Program-made: the position numbers and the translations under genes
Shown: one piece after another, positions 61,708 to 64,000 of the stretch
Position numbering within the stretch: position 1 is the first letter of the stretch
How the letters are laid out: every line of letters starts with the position of its first letter
The notes under the pieces: model-generated
Seen by the model: the letters and a program-made list of their open reading frames with translations, nothing else
Told to the model about the DNA's origin: nothing
The model's database searches: none
NCBI GenBank assembly: GCA_024679065.1
Contig: JAGIQG010000023.1
Location: 9,920,001-9,984,000, forward strand
Direction of reading: 5' to 3'
Length of the DNA: 64,000 nt
DNA from: Sphyrna mokarran
Taxonomy: Eukaryota

Positions 61708-64000
61708 TGCCAAAGGAACTGACAGTCCTAGTTAAGCACAAGGAAAAGACTCCCTGATTGACCCATTAATTGACTCCTTAATCAGGAACTTCACATTCCA
61801 ATAGGCCAACCTGAATTGAAGTCTTTATGAGAGGCAACCATCATGACACTATCTGCCCTCCCGGGTGGGTGTAAACCCTCCCATGGTGGTTTTGTGAAGA
61901 GGAGCAGGTGAATTCTCCAGTGTGTCTTCACCAATATTTATCTTGCTGAAAAAAACGATTATTCAGTCATTATTGTGTTGCTGTTTGAGTGAAATGGTGT
62001 TTTATTTTCTACATTACAACAATGATGCTATGGAAATGCAATTCTTTCTTTCAAACACAACAACAACTTTATTCAGAGTGTCTTCTCCAATTCAACCAGC
62101 AAAACGTAAACAGTCTCCAACCTCTTGTCCTTGGTCTCTGCGGCCAGTTCTGAAGGAGGATTTAGAAAGGGGAGGATCAGGCAAACGAGAGCATAGAAAG
62201 GCAGAGAGCCGAGAAGGTTCAGAAATTGGAGACTGATCACTGAGTAGAACCTGGAGGGCAATAAACACAGAATCATTCCCAGTGTCATATTGTGGTCAGG
62301 ATAAGAATGTTAATAAAACAAAAGAAGTAATTTTTCAGGCAAGATGATTCATGTGAAAGTGCCCAAATTCCTGACATGTTGGACCGAAGTATGGAAATGG
62401 ACCAGCCTGAGGAATGGGTGAGCTTGACCTGAAGAGATATTGGACCAATGGCTTTTGCGGCTGGGTGGCCAATGGCAGCAGCAGCAACAGGAATTGTTCA
62501 GTGCTACAATGAAGCATGCTGGGAATTTTAGCCAAGCTGAATTAAACTTGACCAAAAGAAGGTCAAGGCATTTAGAGAGGCAAGGACTGATTAGGGACAG
62601 TCAGCATGGCTTCATGAGTGGAAGTCTTTTAATGAACGTGCAGATTTCGCACAGTGACCCAGGCCAGGAATTGAACTTAGATTCCTTGCACCCTGGGGCA
62701 ACACTGCTAAGTGTTATGCCACCATGCCTGGAGCTTTAAACAGAGTAATTTGAGATATTCTTTATGATGATGAAAATACTATATTTGCAGGAAATCACTT
62801 AAAGAAGAAGCTTATTATGTTTTTCATCACATAAAGAAGGAAACTAAACCTAGTGTTGCTCCTACAAAAATACCTGTATCTATAGTGACACTTGTCAGGA
62901 TTACAAAATGAGCTAGTATGAAGGAAAGTGGTAAAATTCTATTAACTAACGTTCTTCATGACTTAATACTTGCACTGTTAGATACAGCTGGGATTTAGCA
63001 ACCAGAATGGTGTCCCTTCTCAAATTGGGGATCTGTGTTTTCATTTTGACTCAGAAATTGTTAGAACAAGAGACAGGGAATAGTCAAAGGGAAATAAATT
63101 TACAATCAAATGGTCAGCAAAATAGGGAATTGTTCATCGACTTAGTAACAGCTTGCTGTGTAAGCACTTGGACTGTTAATAGATAAAATTATTCCAGGAA
63201 TCATCTGTGAAGGAATTGAGCTTTTACTGTAGAAATGAAATTAAAGAATAACCACAAGCCTGTGGTGAACACAACATGTTCCACCCAGGATTAAGAGGTT
63301 AATGGATTTTCTCTGGGTTCTGCTAAATTGTACAATAGGAACTAAAAATCTTGATACAATTATGACAAGGATAACACTTAAGAATGGGGGAGAATATTGT
63401 GTTACTGCTTCACTGAAGGAATATCAATGTGGTAAAGAATATGTCGTATTATTAACAGCGCTTTTTGCTTTACACCTCAAATACCAGCTGGAATAAGCTA
63501 CATGGGATTAATTGATACACATAAGGGAAAGGAAGTTTCTTTCAATGTTACAGATAATCTTAAGGGATATTGTGAAAAATATGATACTATTGAACTTTTA
63601 ACTGGGAATCTGATACAAATTAAGAAATAGTTTGCTAATGTCTATCAAACTTTTACTAAAGTAGTTCAAAGAACTGAAGAAATTAAAAGGGACATTCAAG
63701 TTATCAAAGTCACCAAGTGGTGAGGTGATTTATGGGACTGGAGTACAAATATGCACCTCCATCCATGGATTTGTCTCATGTGATATGTTGCACTGTTAAT
63801 AATATTGTGTGCTTTAACTTATTTAATATTACTTATGATTCAGTTTGTTAAATGGAATAAAGAGACAACCCAAACCTTGAACATGGAATTGATGTTACAT
63901 AAGTGAATATTTAGTTTATTGCAAGAATATAATTATGATTATATGTTAATTGTTAGTTTGACTGGAATCTTAAGACTAACCTGTGAGAGGGAACTTGCTC

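Overview
Eukaryotic DNA, almost certainly from a cartilaginous fish (shark-type HE1/V-SINEs, CR1 and Rex1 LINEs, Penelope and Gypsy remnants). The window holds part of a tandem cluster of immunoglobulin-superfamily receptor genes on the minus strand. Gene A (34775->10263) can be assembled completely by hand from 7 GT-AG exons with matching phases into 409 aa: leader, CD300/pIgR-type V domain, FcR-like (FCRL-type) C2 domain, stalk, uncharged TM, and a tail carrying ITIM/ITSM motifs, so it looks like an inhibitory receptor. Gene B (57998->about 45800; leader exon outside the window) has the same V+C2 ectodomain but an activating-type TM (Y-x-x-x-N-L-I-[R]) and almost no tail. Together they look like an inhibitory/activating paired-receptor system, resembling the MDIR/CD300-like receptors of elasmobranchs. 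Gene B has several oddities: the expected FcRgamma-pairing Arg is Cys (one C>T change away), there is a very recent truncated tandem copy of its V exon with an intact splice acceptor, an inverted repeat brackets the V exon, and a ~730-bp Penelope-derived palindrome in the V-C2 intron carries a hammerhead-ribozyme core. A young CR1 insertion also appears to carry a V-SINE core in its 3' UTR. Exon coordinates were read at nucleotide level; repeat boundaries are approximate; family names come from motif recognition, not database searches.
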